Below, piece after piece: positions 24,630 through 37,125 of a stretch of 64,000 bases of DNA. Position 1 is the stretch's first letter. The number at the start of each line of letters is the position of its first letter. The position numbers and the translations under genes are program-made. Source of the DNA: Malacoraja senta (lineage: Eukaryota); contig JAXLNO010000627.1 in the NCBI GenBank assembly GCA_038087875.1, forward strand, positions 434,001 through 498,000, in the 5' to 3' direction. The notes beneath the pieces were generated by a model. The model saw only the letters and a list, made by a program, of their open reading frames with translations. It had not been told where the DNA came from and did not search any database.

Positions 24630-26700
24630 TCTATACTAAAACTCTGATCTTGGACGTGTCTCTGTATATGTATGTGTGTGTGTGTCTTTACATCCTCGCG
24701 AAAAAACTACGCAGTAACGATAAAATGTTTACATCTTCCGGTTGACATTTTTCCCGTCGAGGCCGGGATCACCTTAACTCAATATTTAATCTTTTATTTC
24801 TCGACTTTTTACAGATTAAAGTTGAAAATCGTCAAAATCGTCACGACCAGCTTTCGCTTATGACGTCACAATGGGTCTACTTGCTCAGGATCTTCCATTC
24901 GCTTCGAGTGACGTCACCCCCCGCTATCCCTCCCCCCTGGTTATTCAAAAGGCGCCGCCGTGGAAGAAAGGACGAGCCCGAAGAAGAAGTCGGGCCCTGG
25001 ATCGGCCGATCTGGAGGTCCTCGGGAGGCTACTGCCGCAGGCCGAGCCCGGCGACTGGGACTGGGACTGGGACTGGTGCTGGGACTGGGGCTGGGGCTGG
25101 GGCTGGGGCTGGGGCTGGGGCTGGGGCTGGGGCTGGGGCTGGGACTGGGATTGGGCTGGAGCAGTGCCTGGACCTGGAGTGAGGGCAGAATCCTCTGCCC
25201 TTCCTCTCTGTCTCTGCACTCTCTCTCTCTGTCTCTGCCAACTCTCTCACAGCCCTTTTTGTTGCTGCCCTCTCTACCTGTCTCTGCCCTCTCTGTCTCG
25301 CTCCTCTCTGTATCTGTCTCTGCCCTCTCTGTCACTGTCTCTGCCCTCTCTGTCTCTCTCTCTGCCCTCTCTCTATGTCTGCGCTCTCTCTCTCTGTCTA
25401 TGCCTTCCCTGTCTCTGCCCTCTCTGTCTCTGGCTTCTCTCTCTTTCTCTGCCCGCTCTCTCTCTTTCTCTGCCCGCTCTCTCCCTGTCTCTGCCCTCTC
25501 TCTGTGTCTGCTCTCTCTGTGTCTGGACCCTCTCTGTCCCTGACCTCTCTGTCTCTGCCTTCTCTGTCTCTGCCTTCTCTCTCTGTCTCTGTCCTCTCAC
25601 TCTGTCTCTGCCCTCTCTCTCTCTGTCTCTGCCCTCTCTCTGTGTCTCTGCTCTCTCTGTCTCTGGACTCTCTCTATCCCTGACCTATCTCTCAGTCTCT
25701 GCCCTCTCTCTCTCTGTCACTGCCCATCTCTCTCTGTTTCTGCCCATCTCTCTCAGTCTCTGCCCTCTATCTGTCTCTGGCCCTCTCTCTCTCTCTCCGC
25801 CCCTCCCTCTGTCTCCGCCCCTCCCTCTGTCTTTGCCCCTCCCTCTCTGTCTCTGCCCCTCCCTCTCTATCTTTGCCCCTCCCTCTTTGTTTCTGCCCCA
25901 TCCTCTCTGGCTCTGCCCCTCTCTGTGTCTCTGCCCTCTCTGTCTCTGCCCATGCGCTATCCCTGTCTCTGCCCTCTCCATGTCTGTGCCCTCTCCCTGT
26001 CTGCCCTCTCCCTGTCTCTGACCTCTCTCCCCTCTCTGTCCACTTCTCACCCCCGTCCTCTCTCTGTCCCCACTCTGCCCTCTCTCTCTCCCTTCTCTGC
26101 CCTCTTCCCTTCTCTGCCCTCTCTCTCTCCCCTCTGCCTGGCCTCTCTCCTCCCCCTCTAACTCCTCTCTCTCTCTGCCCTCCCTCTGTTGCCTCCCTCC
26201 CTCTCTGCCCTCCCTCCCTCTCTGCTCTCCATACCTCACTACCCCCTCCCTTTCTGGGGAGTGATTAATATTGGGACCTATGAGTGAGTGGTGGAGTATT
26301 GCGTTCGGGGAACTAGCCCTCCCCTGTGACCCCGCCCCCACCCCTAAATCTCTACCTCCCCTCCCTCTCACTTTCTACCCCCTCCCCCTCCATCTCTACC
26401 CCCTCCCCTCCATCTCTACCCCCTCACCCTCCATCTCTACCCCCTCACCCTCTCCCTCTCTACCCCCTCCTCTCCCTCTAGCCGCGCCTGCGCAGTTGGG
26501 GGCTAAGAGTGAGATAGGGCGGGGGATGGGGGGAAATGAGCAAATGAATAATATTAATATAATATCAAGGAGGAGGGTTAGTGTGTGTGTGTGGGGGGGG
26601 GGGGTGGGGGGGTTGGTTAGTGTGTGTGTGATGCCGTAGGCCGCCTCCCCCACAACCGCACGTTGATGGGACGGGACCCAAAGTGTCCCACTTGGTATAG
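24630..26700 (+). mobile_element. Non-autonomous Helitron, copy 2
   Basis: 5' TCTATACTAAAA; degenerate 3' hairpin; end reads ATAG. Confidence 0.78.
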
Positions 26701-28577
26701 TCTATACTAAAACTCTGATCTTGGACGTGTCTCTGTAAATGTGTATGTGTGTGTGTCTTTACATCCTACGCAGTAACGATAAAATGTATACATCTTCCGG
26801 TTGACATTTTTCCCGTCGAGGCCGGGATCACCTTAACTGAACATTTAATCTTTAATTCTCGACTTTTTACAGATTAAAGTTGAAAATCGTCAATATCCTC
26901 ACGACTAGCTTTCGCTTATGACGTCACAATGGGTCTGCTTGCTCAGGATCTTCCATTCGCTTCGAGTGACGTCACCCCCCGCTATCCCCGCCCCTCCCCC
27001 CTGGATAATCAAAAGGCGCCGCCGTGGAAGAAAGGTCGAGCCCGAAGATGAAGTCGGGCCCTGGATCGGCCGATCTCGAGGTCCTCCGGAGGCTACTGCC
27101 GCAGGCCGAGCCCGGCGTCTGGGGCTGGGACTGGGGCTGGGGCTGGGGCTGGGATTGGGCCTGGACCTGGAGTGAGGGCAGAACCCTCTGCCCTCTCTCT
27201 TTCTCTGCCAACTCTCTGTGTCACTGCCCTCTCTGTTGCTGCCCTCTCTATCTGTCTCTGCCCGCTCTGTCTCGCTCCTCTCTGTATCTGTCTCTGCCCT
27301 CTCTGTCTCTCTCTCTGCCCTCTCTCTCTGTCTCTGCGCTCTCTGGCAATGTCTCTGCCTTCTCTCTATCTGTCTCTGCCCTCTCGCTCTCTGTCTTTTC
27401 CCTCTCTCTCTCTGTCTGCCATTTTTCTCTGCCTCTGCCCTCTCTCTCTCTGACTCTGCCCTCTCTCTCTGCCTCTTCCCTCTCTCTATCTGTCTCTGCC
27501 CTCTCTCTGTCTATGCCTTCTCTGTCTCTGCCCTCTCTCTGTCTCTGCCTTCTCTCTCTGTCTCTGCCTTCTCTCTCTGTCTCTGCCTTCTCTCTCTGTC
27601 TCTGCCCTCTCTCTGTCTCTGCCCTCTCTCTGTCTCTGCCCTCTCTCTGTGTCGCTGCTCTCTCTGTGTCTGGACTCTCTCTGTCCCTGACCTCTCTCTC
27701 TGTCTCTGCAATCTCTCTCTGTCTCTGACCGCTCTCTCTCTGTCTCTGCCCTCTCTCTCGCTGTCTCTGCCCTCTCTTTCTCTCTCTGTCTTTGCTCTCT
27801 CTCTCTGTCTCTGCTCTCTCTCTCTCTCTCTGTCTCCCTCTGTCTCTCTCTTTCTCTCTCTGTCTCTCTCTGTCTCTGTCTCCACCCTCTCTCTCTGTCT
27901 CTGTCTCCACCCTCTCTCTCTGTCTCTCTCTATCTCCACCCTCTCTCTCTGTCCCCACCCTCTCTGTCTCCACCCTCTCTCTCTGCCTCTCTCTGTCTCT
28001 GCCCACTCTGCCTCATGCCTCTGCCCTCCCTCCCTCTCTGCTCCGCATCCCTCTCGCCCCCCTCCTTCTCTTCCCCCCCTCCCTCTCTGGCCCGCATCCC
28101 TCTCTGCCCCCCCCCCTCCTTCTCTGCCCCCTCACTCTCTGCCTCCCTTCCCTCTCTGCCTCCCTTCCCACTCTGCCCCCCTCCCACTCTGCCCCCCCCC
28201 CGTCTCCCTGCTCCACCTCCCTCCCTGCTCCCCTCCCTCTCTGCACCCTCCCTCTCTGCCCCCTTCCTCTCTGCCTACTCCTCTCTGCACCCTCCCTCTC
28301 TGCCTCCGCCCTCGCTGCCCCAACCCCCTCTGCTCTCATCTGCCCTCTCCCTCTCTGCCCCCTCTTTCTCTGCCACTTCCCTCTCTACCCCTCTCCCTCT
28401 GTGCCCCACATCCCTCTCTGCCCCCACTCCATGCCCCCTCCCTCTCTGCCCCCTCCCTCTATGCGCCCGAGCGAATTAATAATAACAAGGGGGGGTTAGC
28501 GTGTGTGTGACGCCGCAGGCCCCACCCCGCCGCCGCGCGTTGAGGGGCCGGGACCCAACGGTTCCCCCTTGGTCTAG
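26701..28577 (+). mobile_element. Non-autonomous Helitron, copy 3
   Basis: 5' TCTATACTAAAA; 3' hairpin at 28550-28566, then CTAG (28574-28577) followed by T. Confidence 0.82.
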
Positions 28578-28829
28578 TAAAATATAATATTGAGAGTATA
28601 AAAGGACAAGGGAAGTAAAGTCAGTTAAACGCTTGAGTAAAAAGTTTTTGTTGCCGTTTAAAAATGTGAACCGAGTGGGCGTCTCTCATAGCTCTGGGTC
28701 GGGTATTCCACAGCTTGGGGGCGTAATTGAAAAAGGCTGCTCCACCAATGTTCTTATTGCTGAAACAACAACCAGAGAATATAGGTTAAAGGTGAGTGAG
28801 GATCCTGATGGCGACCTTTCAATATAGAG

Positions 28830-29050
28830 GGTGGTGTTTCTCTGGAACGAGTTGCGAGAGGATATATTTTAGGCAGGCACTATAAGAACATTGAAAGTAC
28901 AGTTTGACGGGAACAAGGATAGGAATGGTTTGGGGGGGGGATATGTGACAAATGTGAGCAGTGGGGGGACTAGTGTAGGTAGAGCATTTTGTACGGCATG
29001 GGGAAGTTCGGCCGAATGGCCTGTTTCCATGTTGTGTGACTCTACGATTA
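28830..29050 (+). mobile_element. Old CR1 3' fragment, preceded by a probable L2-like 3' fragment (minus) at about 28600-28800
   Basis: CR1-type 3'UTR ending GGCCGAATGGCCTGTTTCC. Confidence 0.55.
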
Positions 29051-29966
29051 TATGGCGATAACACGCATGGGCTATTCAGTCCTTCCGTTTAACAGAATTC
29101 ACCTGCCCCTTTCTGACAAGAATAACTTCACCGTGTCCACTTGACTGAATTCCGATCTGTCCTTGTAACAAACACGGACTGTCGACCTGAAGGATTATTC
29201 CAGTTCCTCTCTCCAGAGAAGCTGTCCGATTTAGGGGGGAGGGGCTCGGCTCAATGCATTCCTGACATTGTCGCCAGTCACGGGGCCAGTTTGTTCGCCG
29301 GTATCGAAGGGGGAAAACTTAAAATGATCATTTCACAAATCACAGATTCTCCACATAGACCAATCTCAACGTCGACTAACGTTGAGGAATGAGGAAGCAT
29401 TGCTGCCCACATCTGAGAGAGAGCCGATCACCACTGCCTTTTCCCCAGAGGGAAGGGTGACCTCAGCTGTGATGAGGTTGTGTCACCCGTGTCCATACAA
29501 ATGCTCATTATTAACATCCATATATATTCTAATTATTCTCATATATTCAGACGCTCCAGGGGGCACGAACATTTTATATTCCCTTTGAGAACCCGGACCC
29601 CACCACTATTCCACCCACCCATCGGACACCCAGCGACAAGGAGACAGTTATTGGAAGTGATTAGAATAGTTTATTTCTGGTCACTATGAACAACCTGTTT
29701 CCTATGTGATTCACGCACAAGGTGGTGTGACAGCGCGCTGTTATCCCATGACTTAAAATATCTAGTATTACTACACTAGGACAATATTGAGATTATATTG
29801 TGTAGAAAGGAACTGCAGACGCTGATTTATTTCATGTGAACGCTTGGTTGTATACGGCAGCTACTGAGTTATATAATTCGCACACCCGGATAACTCCTGA
29901 AAACATCGGTTTAAGTTGTATAAATCTGTTCAATGTTCTACTATATTTATAACTAGACTGGGAATA

Positions 29967-30865
29967 CTAATGTTTCAATGATATGATTAATTTCACAATG
30001 AAATTCACGGGGTATGTAACCGCGTTCTTCAGCTGCTCCCGGAACATTCTCTGGGTCAGGACATAAATACACGTGTTGGTGCAGGTACTCAGAACCTGGA
30101 GCATAAACGAAATTGTCTGAAGATCAGTGTCCGCGAAATACTCAGCGCCTAAAACGCGCTCAGCCACAACACATACAACCAGTGTGCTCCACAACGCGAT
30201 GAAACTGCCAGATATGGTGAAGAGTAAAACGATGGATTTCCTCCGGCTGTCCATCTCCGGATCCTTGCCATTCTCTCCACTGTTGCGGCCCCGGAGCAAT
30301 CTGCGGACTCTACCAGAGACTAGAATGTATCTGGCGGTCAGTGAATTGACCAACAAAAACAAAACGAACGGGAGACAAACAGTTACAGTAAAGTACAACA
30401 ACTCAAACGAAGTCCATGAAGGTGAGGTTAAGAATGACTGTGTCCAGGCACACCCTCTGGGTTTATTATCGGTAATATATACTGATTCGAATGTAAAATA
30501 CCACGGTACGTTTATTAAACAGCTTAGAACAATTACCGTTGCGATAACAACACTCGCCGTTCGCTCGGTGCAATATTTTGTTTTCAGCTTCTGACAACAA
30601 ATGGCCACAAACCGATCAAACGTGAAACCCACGGTGAACCAGACAGATATTGTTGTGGCTGCGCAGCCCAGAGCAAAGTTGACGGAGCACACGGGGGTGA
30701 TGGTGAAGAACGACAGCGGGAAATACATTTCAACAATGGACCATATAAAAACGTCAATGATGAGGGTCATGAGGTCGGCCGCTGCCATTCCCAGCAGGTA
30801 GCGAGTGATGCATTTGGAGAGACCGCACTTTCCCCGGGACAGGATCACAATCGTCACCAAGTTAA
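29967..30865 (-). CDS. Exon 2 (main coding exon) of a class A GPCR, GPR139/GPR142-like
   Basis: Uninterrupted hydrophobic 7TM ORF with TM1/ICL1 NLVTIVILSRGKCGLSKC, TM2 MAAADL, TM3 FTFDRFVAICC, TM6 SFIALW, TM7 NTCIY and helix 8 FREQL. On the minus strand a pyrimidine tract and acceptor (ccttctttcgcag) precede TTAACTTG at 30865, phase 1. Confidence 0.92.
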
Positions 30866-32049
30866 CTGCGAAAGAAGGAACGAAGGATGTTACAGTATGT
30901 GGCGTTTACAAAGAATACCCTGAACTGAAAGGATTTCCGAGTGACATTTACTACTGAGTTTCAAGAACAAATGAAATTACAAGTCATATCATCAGTTAGA
31001 TAATGAAAAGATACGTGGCACACACAGCTCACGGGATCCGGGTTGGATCCGCTCCTCTGACTCTGCTTGTCCGCGTGTTCCCTGATCCAATCGAGAGATC
31101 ACTCCGTTTGTTCGCTGGGTGCTGTAATTGACTTCGCAATGCAGATGACAAGTGTGCCGGTGGCAGTGTATGGATCAGTGTGGGAGAATAACCTGCAGGG
31201 TTAAAGTAAATCAGAAGGTCGCCGTGAGGGTGACGATGTTCCACTTTAGGAATGGCAAAACTAGATAGACCGTATGTCCTTCTTACCGGAAGATAAATGT
31301 CGCTATTGGAGCACAATGCATAGAGAGAGGTAGAGTCATTCCGCGTGTAAATAGGCTCTTCGGCCCAACTTGCCCATGCCCCATCTCCTCTTGTTCCAAC
31401 TGCGCATGTTTCGCTCTGATCCTTCTAAACCATTCCTATCCATGTACCTATCCAACATTGGGTCAATAAACACAACCGCCAACTACAGTTTGTGAAGACC
31501 AGAGCCTGTAACTGGGGCAGTAACCATTCAATTTGTAATCGTTCCACAGCTTCCAGTCCTGCAAAAGTTCGACTAAATGCAAAGCAATATTCACAGGCTT
31601 CTTTACCCCGCAATTTACCTGCTATTCCCCACTGCCTATTCACTCTGCCCAGTAGCCACCGCACATTTATCCTGGCCAGTGTTGAACTTCCTTCACACGG
31701 CACAATCCAACTACACCTTCACCCACCCCAGTCCTCTCTACATATTCACTCTGCTGTGTCCACCGCACACTCAACCTGGCCAACCTCTAACCGCACCGTA
31801 TCACTCTGCCCAGTCCCCACCTGGCTTCATCTTGCGCAGTCGCCACTGCACGTTGACCCTGCCGAGTACCAATCGCACCGTTACACGTCCCCCTGTCCTG
31901 TCTCCACTGCAGCTACACCCTGCTCAGTACCTATCGCAGCTTCCACCTGCACAGACTTCACCTGCCTTCATCCTCCCCATACTCCACAGCTCCATCACCG
32001 TACCCACCCCCCACTGCACCTTCACCCGGACAAGTTCGTACCAGGCCTT

Positions 32050-32935
32050 CACAATTTGGTTGGTTTATATGTTTGTAGATGACACCAACATGGCCGACGT
32101 AGACAGCGCAATAGAGATCAGCTACAACAATGGACGGCGAAATGACAGATGGTGTAACATTGGTGATGTGCGAGGTGTCATGGGAGGTCGGACATGGGGG
32201 GGGGAGGGGATATACAATTAATAACATGACCATTATCAGCAGTGATTAACGGAGGTACCTTGGGGTCCAAGTCCAGAACTCCCTGAAAGTAGCAACACAT
32301 GTAGATACCGTGGTCAATGAGGCACGTGGCATATTTGCCGACATTGGTCACCACATTCAGTATAAGAGTCAGGGCATCGTGAAGCAGCGCTAAAGGACTT
32401 TGTACAGAATTTGGGGTATTACGTGCAGTTCTGGTCGCCCCATTACAGGAAGGATGTGAATGTTTTAGAGAGGGTGCAAAGGTTACAAGAATGGTGTCTA
32501 GATTATGGGGTAATGGCTACAGGGAGCAGTTGGAGATAATTGGATTGCTTTTTTTCTGGAACGCTGAAGGTTGCAGGGCGACCTGACAGAAGAATAGAAA
32601 ACAGGAACCTTTTTTCCAGGATAGAAAAATCAAATACTAGAGGGAAGAGCTTTAAGAAGGGCAAAGCTTAAGGGTGATGTTAGGGGCATGTTTTATACAC
32701 AAAGGCTGAGTGCCTGGAACGCGCTGCCAGGGTGGGGGTTTGTGATGGTTTTGGGGCCAGGTCGGATAGTGGTGTTTCAGAGACTTTTGAATATGCCAAT
32801 AGATTTGCAGTGAATGGAGGGATATGGGTTATGCGCAGGCAGATAGGAGTTGGCCTTGGCATCATGTTCGACACATACATTGTGGACCGAATGGCCTGTT
32901 TTGTGCTGTACTGTTCTATGATCTATGTTTTGTTT
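32050..32935 (+). mobile_element. Old degenerate CR1 fragment in the GPCR intron
   Basis: MFVDDTN and YYVQFWSPHYRKDV remnants plus a CR1 3'UTR. Confidence 0.7.
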
Positions 32936-34834
32936 TAAATCATTTCCTGTCACCAGCTGACTCCTACCATTGGAACAACTTTGTATCTAATTCTTCCCAA
33001 CTGGATCCTGTGTGCGCGAATTTTCCAGGTCAGTCTACCATGCGGATCCTGGGAAAGCAATGGGGAAACTACAAAAGCACATATAGACAACGTTTCTCGG
33101 GAACAAAATCATGTTGTCTATTTATAATCAGTGTTTATCTTTCCAAATACCGATGAGGTGTATAGCACTAATTTCCCTCAGGCAACTTTACCACCACCGA
33201 TATCAGAATGACGCGCCTGCAGTTCCTTGCATGCATTTGCATAAAAGTCAGGCATCACTTCAAGGTCAATATCAACTTGTTCCCTTGCTGCCCACGTTTA
33301 TGTGCCACAGATGCGCAGCAAACTATCTGCACATTGAAGCATCAGTGGGGTGGGGACTGAGCAGGGGGAAGGCGCGGGCGGGACTGGGCGGAATGAAGGT
33401 GCAGGGGGCAGGTGCAGTGGGGACTGTTGAGAAGAGAGTGTACAGCGGAGGGACAGACAGACGTCAGGATAGATACCAGTGGGGAGCGAGCAACCTCGGG
33501 AGGCTTATCGTGCGGATTTTCATTGTAATGTTTTATGTCATGCTGATCAGGATATTGGCGGTGTGACTATCCGAGTGCGACAGCGGAAGGTCAGACGGAC
33601 AGTTGAGCAGCGGTTTTGTTTGGTGATCTGACCTGGAAGCATGTGCTGCAGTCAGAAGTGTTCCGTCAAAATGCAGCAGATGTCTCGAAACCTGAATCAC
33701 GTTGACTGCACCTTGTACAACGTATTCAGTGCATGTCCACGCTGCAGTCCACACCCTGACCCACGGTCTCCACTCTGTCTCCACCGTTATCGCACACTCC
33801 ACCTCCCTTTTCCCATTTTCCGTCAATACACTTTGCAGCGCTTCCATCCGCAACATCTCCAGTTCGTTCCCCAGAGGGAGAGCTTCCCACAGCTCGGAAG
33901 CAAGGCATTTGACCCACCACAGCCAAAGCGACATGGGTGTACCCACAGAACCCATAGTCTCCACGCCTTAGAGTTTCAAGTGTTCCTCTTGATTCTTTAG
34001 CAGCGCGTCCTAGATTCCGAGTCTGAATGAGAAAAGACCTCATCAGATTCTTCCAAATATTGTGTCTAACCTAATGCCCCCTGGATTTAACCCCCTCTTA
34101 TATGGGGCATGTTTCATAGCATGTATCCTGTCTATGCCGCTTAATTTATCCAATTGTTGGACCTTCACTGTGTATTTTTCGTGAAAGGAAAATAAACTCA
34201 GTCTATCGACTCTCCCGTCATAACCAAACTTTGCCATCGCAGAAAACATTTTTATAAATCTCCTCTCCACCTTCTACATAGCAATTAAGTTATTCCTACA
34301 GTGTGGCGACCAGAGGTGCCCACAGATGTGGGTTAGCGAACATTGTATAAAGCTGTACCCCAACCACTCTGCTCTTGGTTTGTTTGTGCGGCCGGTAAAA
34401 TAAAATGTCACACATTCAATGACAACTGATCTGCCTGTAATGCCGCCTCTGGAGATCTTTGGGATTGTACACCATCGGGTTCGAAAGATAATCCCTGCTA
34501 GGAGCCTAACCTATGCCCAAGGCTTACCCCAGCTTCACCACACTTATTAGTGAATGGACAGACTCAGGAAGCTGTTGGTGGTGGGGAAGGGAATGTTGAT
34601 GATGATGTGTACCAAGTGAAGAAAGTTGGGAAATCTTCTTGGAGACGGCCATGATATGGTATGCATATCTGACGCGAGACTTCTCCGATTAACCAGTTGC
34701 AAGAACAGTAATTGTGTATTCGTAGAAAACTTCTCACATGTATGTGGACCATTTGGCTCATTGTGTCTGTGCCGAACAATCGGGCTTTGAAATGTGCGTG
34801 TATAATCTTCTAGATCAGTGCTTTCAATTACACA

Positions 34835-35290
34835 TTCAGATTCAGATTCAGATTATTTAATGACCACACAGTCAAGCTGGTGAAATTCATGTTCAGTACA
34901 GGATGTTACACAATAGGCTGATTCCCGTCAAACATAACATATAACACAACAACATACGAGGTGGCTATGTGATGTTGTCATAGAGTGTTCAGAGTTCGAA
35001 TTGCATATGGGTAGAAACTGTTTTTAAATCGTGATGTTTTGGCGGGCAGTGAGCTGTAGCGCCTTCCTGACGGCAGCAGGTGGAAGATGTGGTGAGCTGG
35101 GTGGGAGGGATCAGAAATGATTTTCTTGACCCTTGACACGGACCGTTTGAGATTGAGTGATTCTATTGATGGGAGGGGAGTGCTGATGATTTTGGATGCT
35201 TTGTTGACAATGCGCTGTAGTTTATTACGGGAGTGAGTGTCTAAACTGCTGTACCAAACTGTTATTGATGAAGTGAGCATGCTTTGGATG
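34835..35290 (-). mobile_element. Rex1/Babar-type LINE 3' fragment
   Basis: SITVWY...LQRIV...DPSHPAHHIFHLLPSGRRY...RFKNSFYP; (TCTGAA)n tail. Confidence 0.85.
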
Positions 35291-35869
35291 ATCCGAGGGT
35301 TTACGAGTAATTAAGTCTTTCCTCTTCCAGACTTTCATGCAGACATTTCTGAACCGTTCGCGACGTCTCAATACATTTATTATCACCATCCATCTCCTCG
35401 CATCTTACGGGAAATGCCTGCTCTCTGCCAAATAAACGGTTTCCCATTCAAGTTGTTCCACTACCCAACCTTTCCTAATCGCCACAACTCCTCTCAGCAG
35501 TGCAAACCACCAGAGGTGTAGTGTGCTGACAGACCCAACACACAATGCTCAAACTGGAACCTGACTGGTGATTGACGTGGAATCGTCAAACAGAATATCA
35601 CAGCTCTGGAAAAAGATGCAAACAATGTATGTTTTAAAATACCCGATTGTCCCCGGTTTCATTTGGACACACAAGCTGGTTGGCAGAATAATTTACCAGG
35701 ATGCGGCATGGAGCTAGAAACGTATAAAATACATGTCCTTTGGCTCCCAGGGTCAGGTGTCAAACGTTAAGCCAATATTTCCACGAATCATGCAGTATTA
35801 ATTCAGCGACATTAACACCAATTCACCTCAGATACTATTAGTCATCCGCCGGAATACGGGTAACTTACA

Positions 35870-36040
35870 GCAGCGAATTACCGACCAAACTGCACATGTT
35901 GGGTCGGGGAAGGAAACCGGAGTAAATTGAGGAAACAGATGCGATCACGAACACAATGCGTAGACATCATAAAAAGCAGTGCAAGATCGAAGCTCGTTGT
36001 TGAGCTGTGAGACCACAGAGCTACCAGCTACATTACTGTA
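35870..36040 (-). mobile_element. Degenerate tRNA-derived V-SINE (HE1-like)
   Basis: Minus strand shows a tRNA-like head followed by the V-domain-like CTCCGGTTTCCTTCCC. Confidence 0.45.
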
Positions 36041-36785
36041 GCGACTATGGAAACATAACATTCAGAACCAGACACTGAAGTCAGTCATGACTTGTAAGAC
36101 ACAAGTCGGGATTGCACACGCACGTACAAGAACCAAAATCAACAAATCTCAGACGAACTGCAACACCGCACATTCTCAGTTAAACGAAGGTTAAATTACG
36201 GAATTGTAACATGCCAGTATCGGGAAATCTGAGACGTGCAGAATAATCAGCTACACTCAGCTAACAATGAGTGACCGCGGGGACCTGAACTCCGAACCCA
36301 ATCCTGCTGTGACATACATGTTACCACGCAACATCCCATCCAATTACCTTTCCTGCAGCTCACTGCAGTGGTCAACCCCAGCCCCAGTGTCCTGCAGCTC
36401 ACAAACTATTCCCAAATGGACCACATGCTGCCTTTTGTCACAGAGAACGGTGACAGAGACGGACATCCTCACCACACACCACGTTGGCAGCACCGTCACT
36501 GCTCGGAGCGGCAACGGTTCAACAATGTCTCTGCAGTCAGTAGGTGCGAGGGTTCTGGACCGGGCGCGGTTCCTCTCACAGAGCAACGTGACGGGGAACA
36601 GAAACAGACCCGCGTTGGGCCGTCACCCGTGCCCCCGGCGTAATATACAGATCTGATCTCAGGTTGGGACAAAACATAGATAACATACTTGACAACTAGT
36701 CCGATTTTATCGCATTTGTTCCGATTTGTCTGTTTAAAAAGTGTGAAAAATCGGAACGGGACGATTTTGAAATGAGGGGGAAAAT

Positions 36786-36965
36786 GGCCAATCAACCGCT
36801 GTCTCTAAGGGGATGGCGTCCAATCACCGAGCAGCTTCCCTTAAAATTCCCGTCCAATCAGCTGCTGTCTCCAAGGTCATTGTGTTCAATCACATAATGC
36901 GCTGTTCACTTGGCAGCGAATCAGACACTGTCTCCGAGGGGCGTTGCGGCCAATCACCGACCAGC

Positions 36966-36968
<3 letters not shown>
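36786..36968 (+). promoter_or_regulatory. Phased array of six CCAAT-like boxes
   Basis: CCAATCA at 36788, 36820, 36854 and 36950; variants TCAATCA at 36886 and CGAATCA at 36917. Confidence 0.5.
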
Positions 36969-37030
<62 letters not shown>

Positions 37031-37125
37031 AGAGGGAGAGAGGGAGGGGAGGAAGAGAGAGGGAGAGAGGGGGAGAGGGACAGGGAGAGATGGAGAGGGA
37101 GGAAGAGAGAGGGAGAGAGAGGGAG
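36969..37125. repeat. (GA)n microsatellite and purine tract
   Basis: Directly visible; counterpart of the (CT)n at 6563-6742. Confidence 0.97.

Noticed and set aside
22876..28510. Long ORFs of 350-450 aa rich in L/S/P/C, or R/E/G on the other strand
   Set aside because: By-products of A-poor CT minisatellites that lack stop codons in several frames; no domain signal.
31492..32221. 196-aa and 214-aa ORFs in the GPCR intron
   Set aside because: C-rich degenerate repeat sequence running into a CR1 remnant; no domain or splice support.
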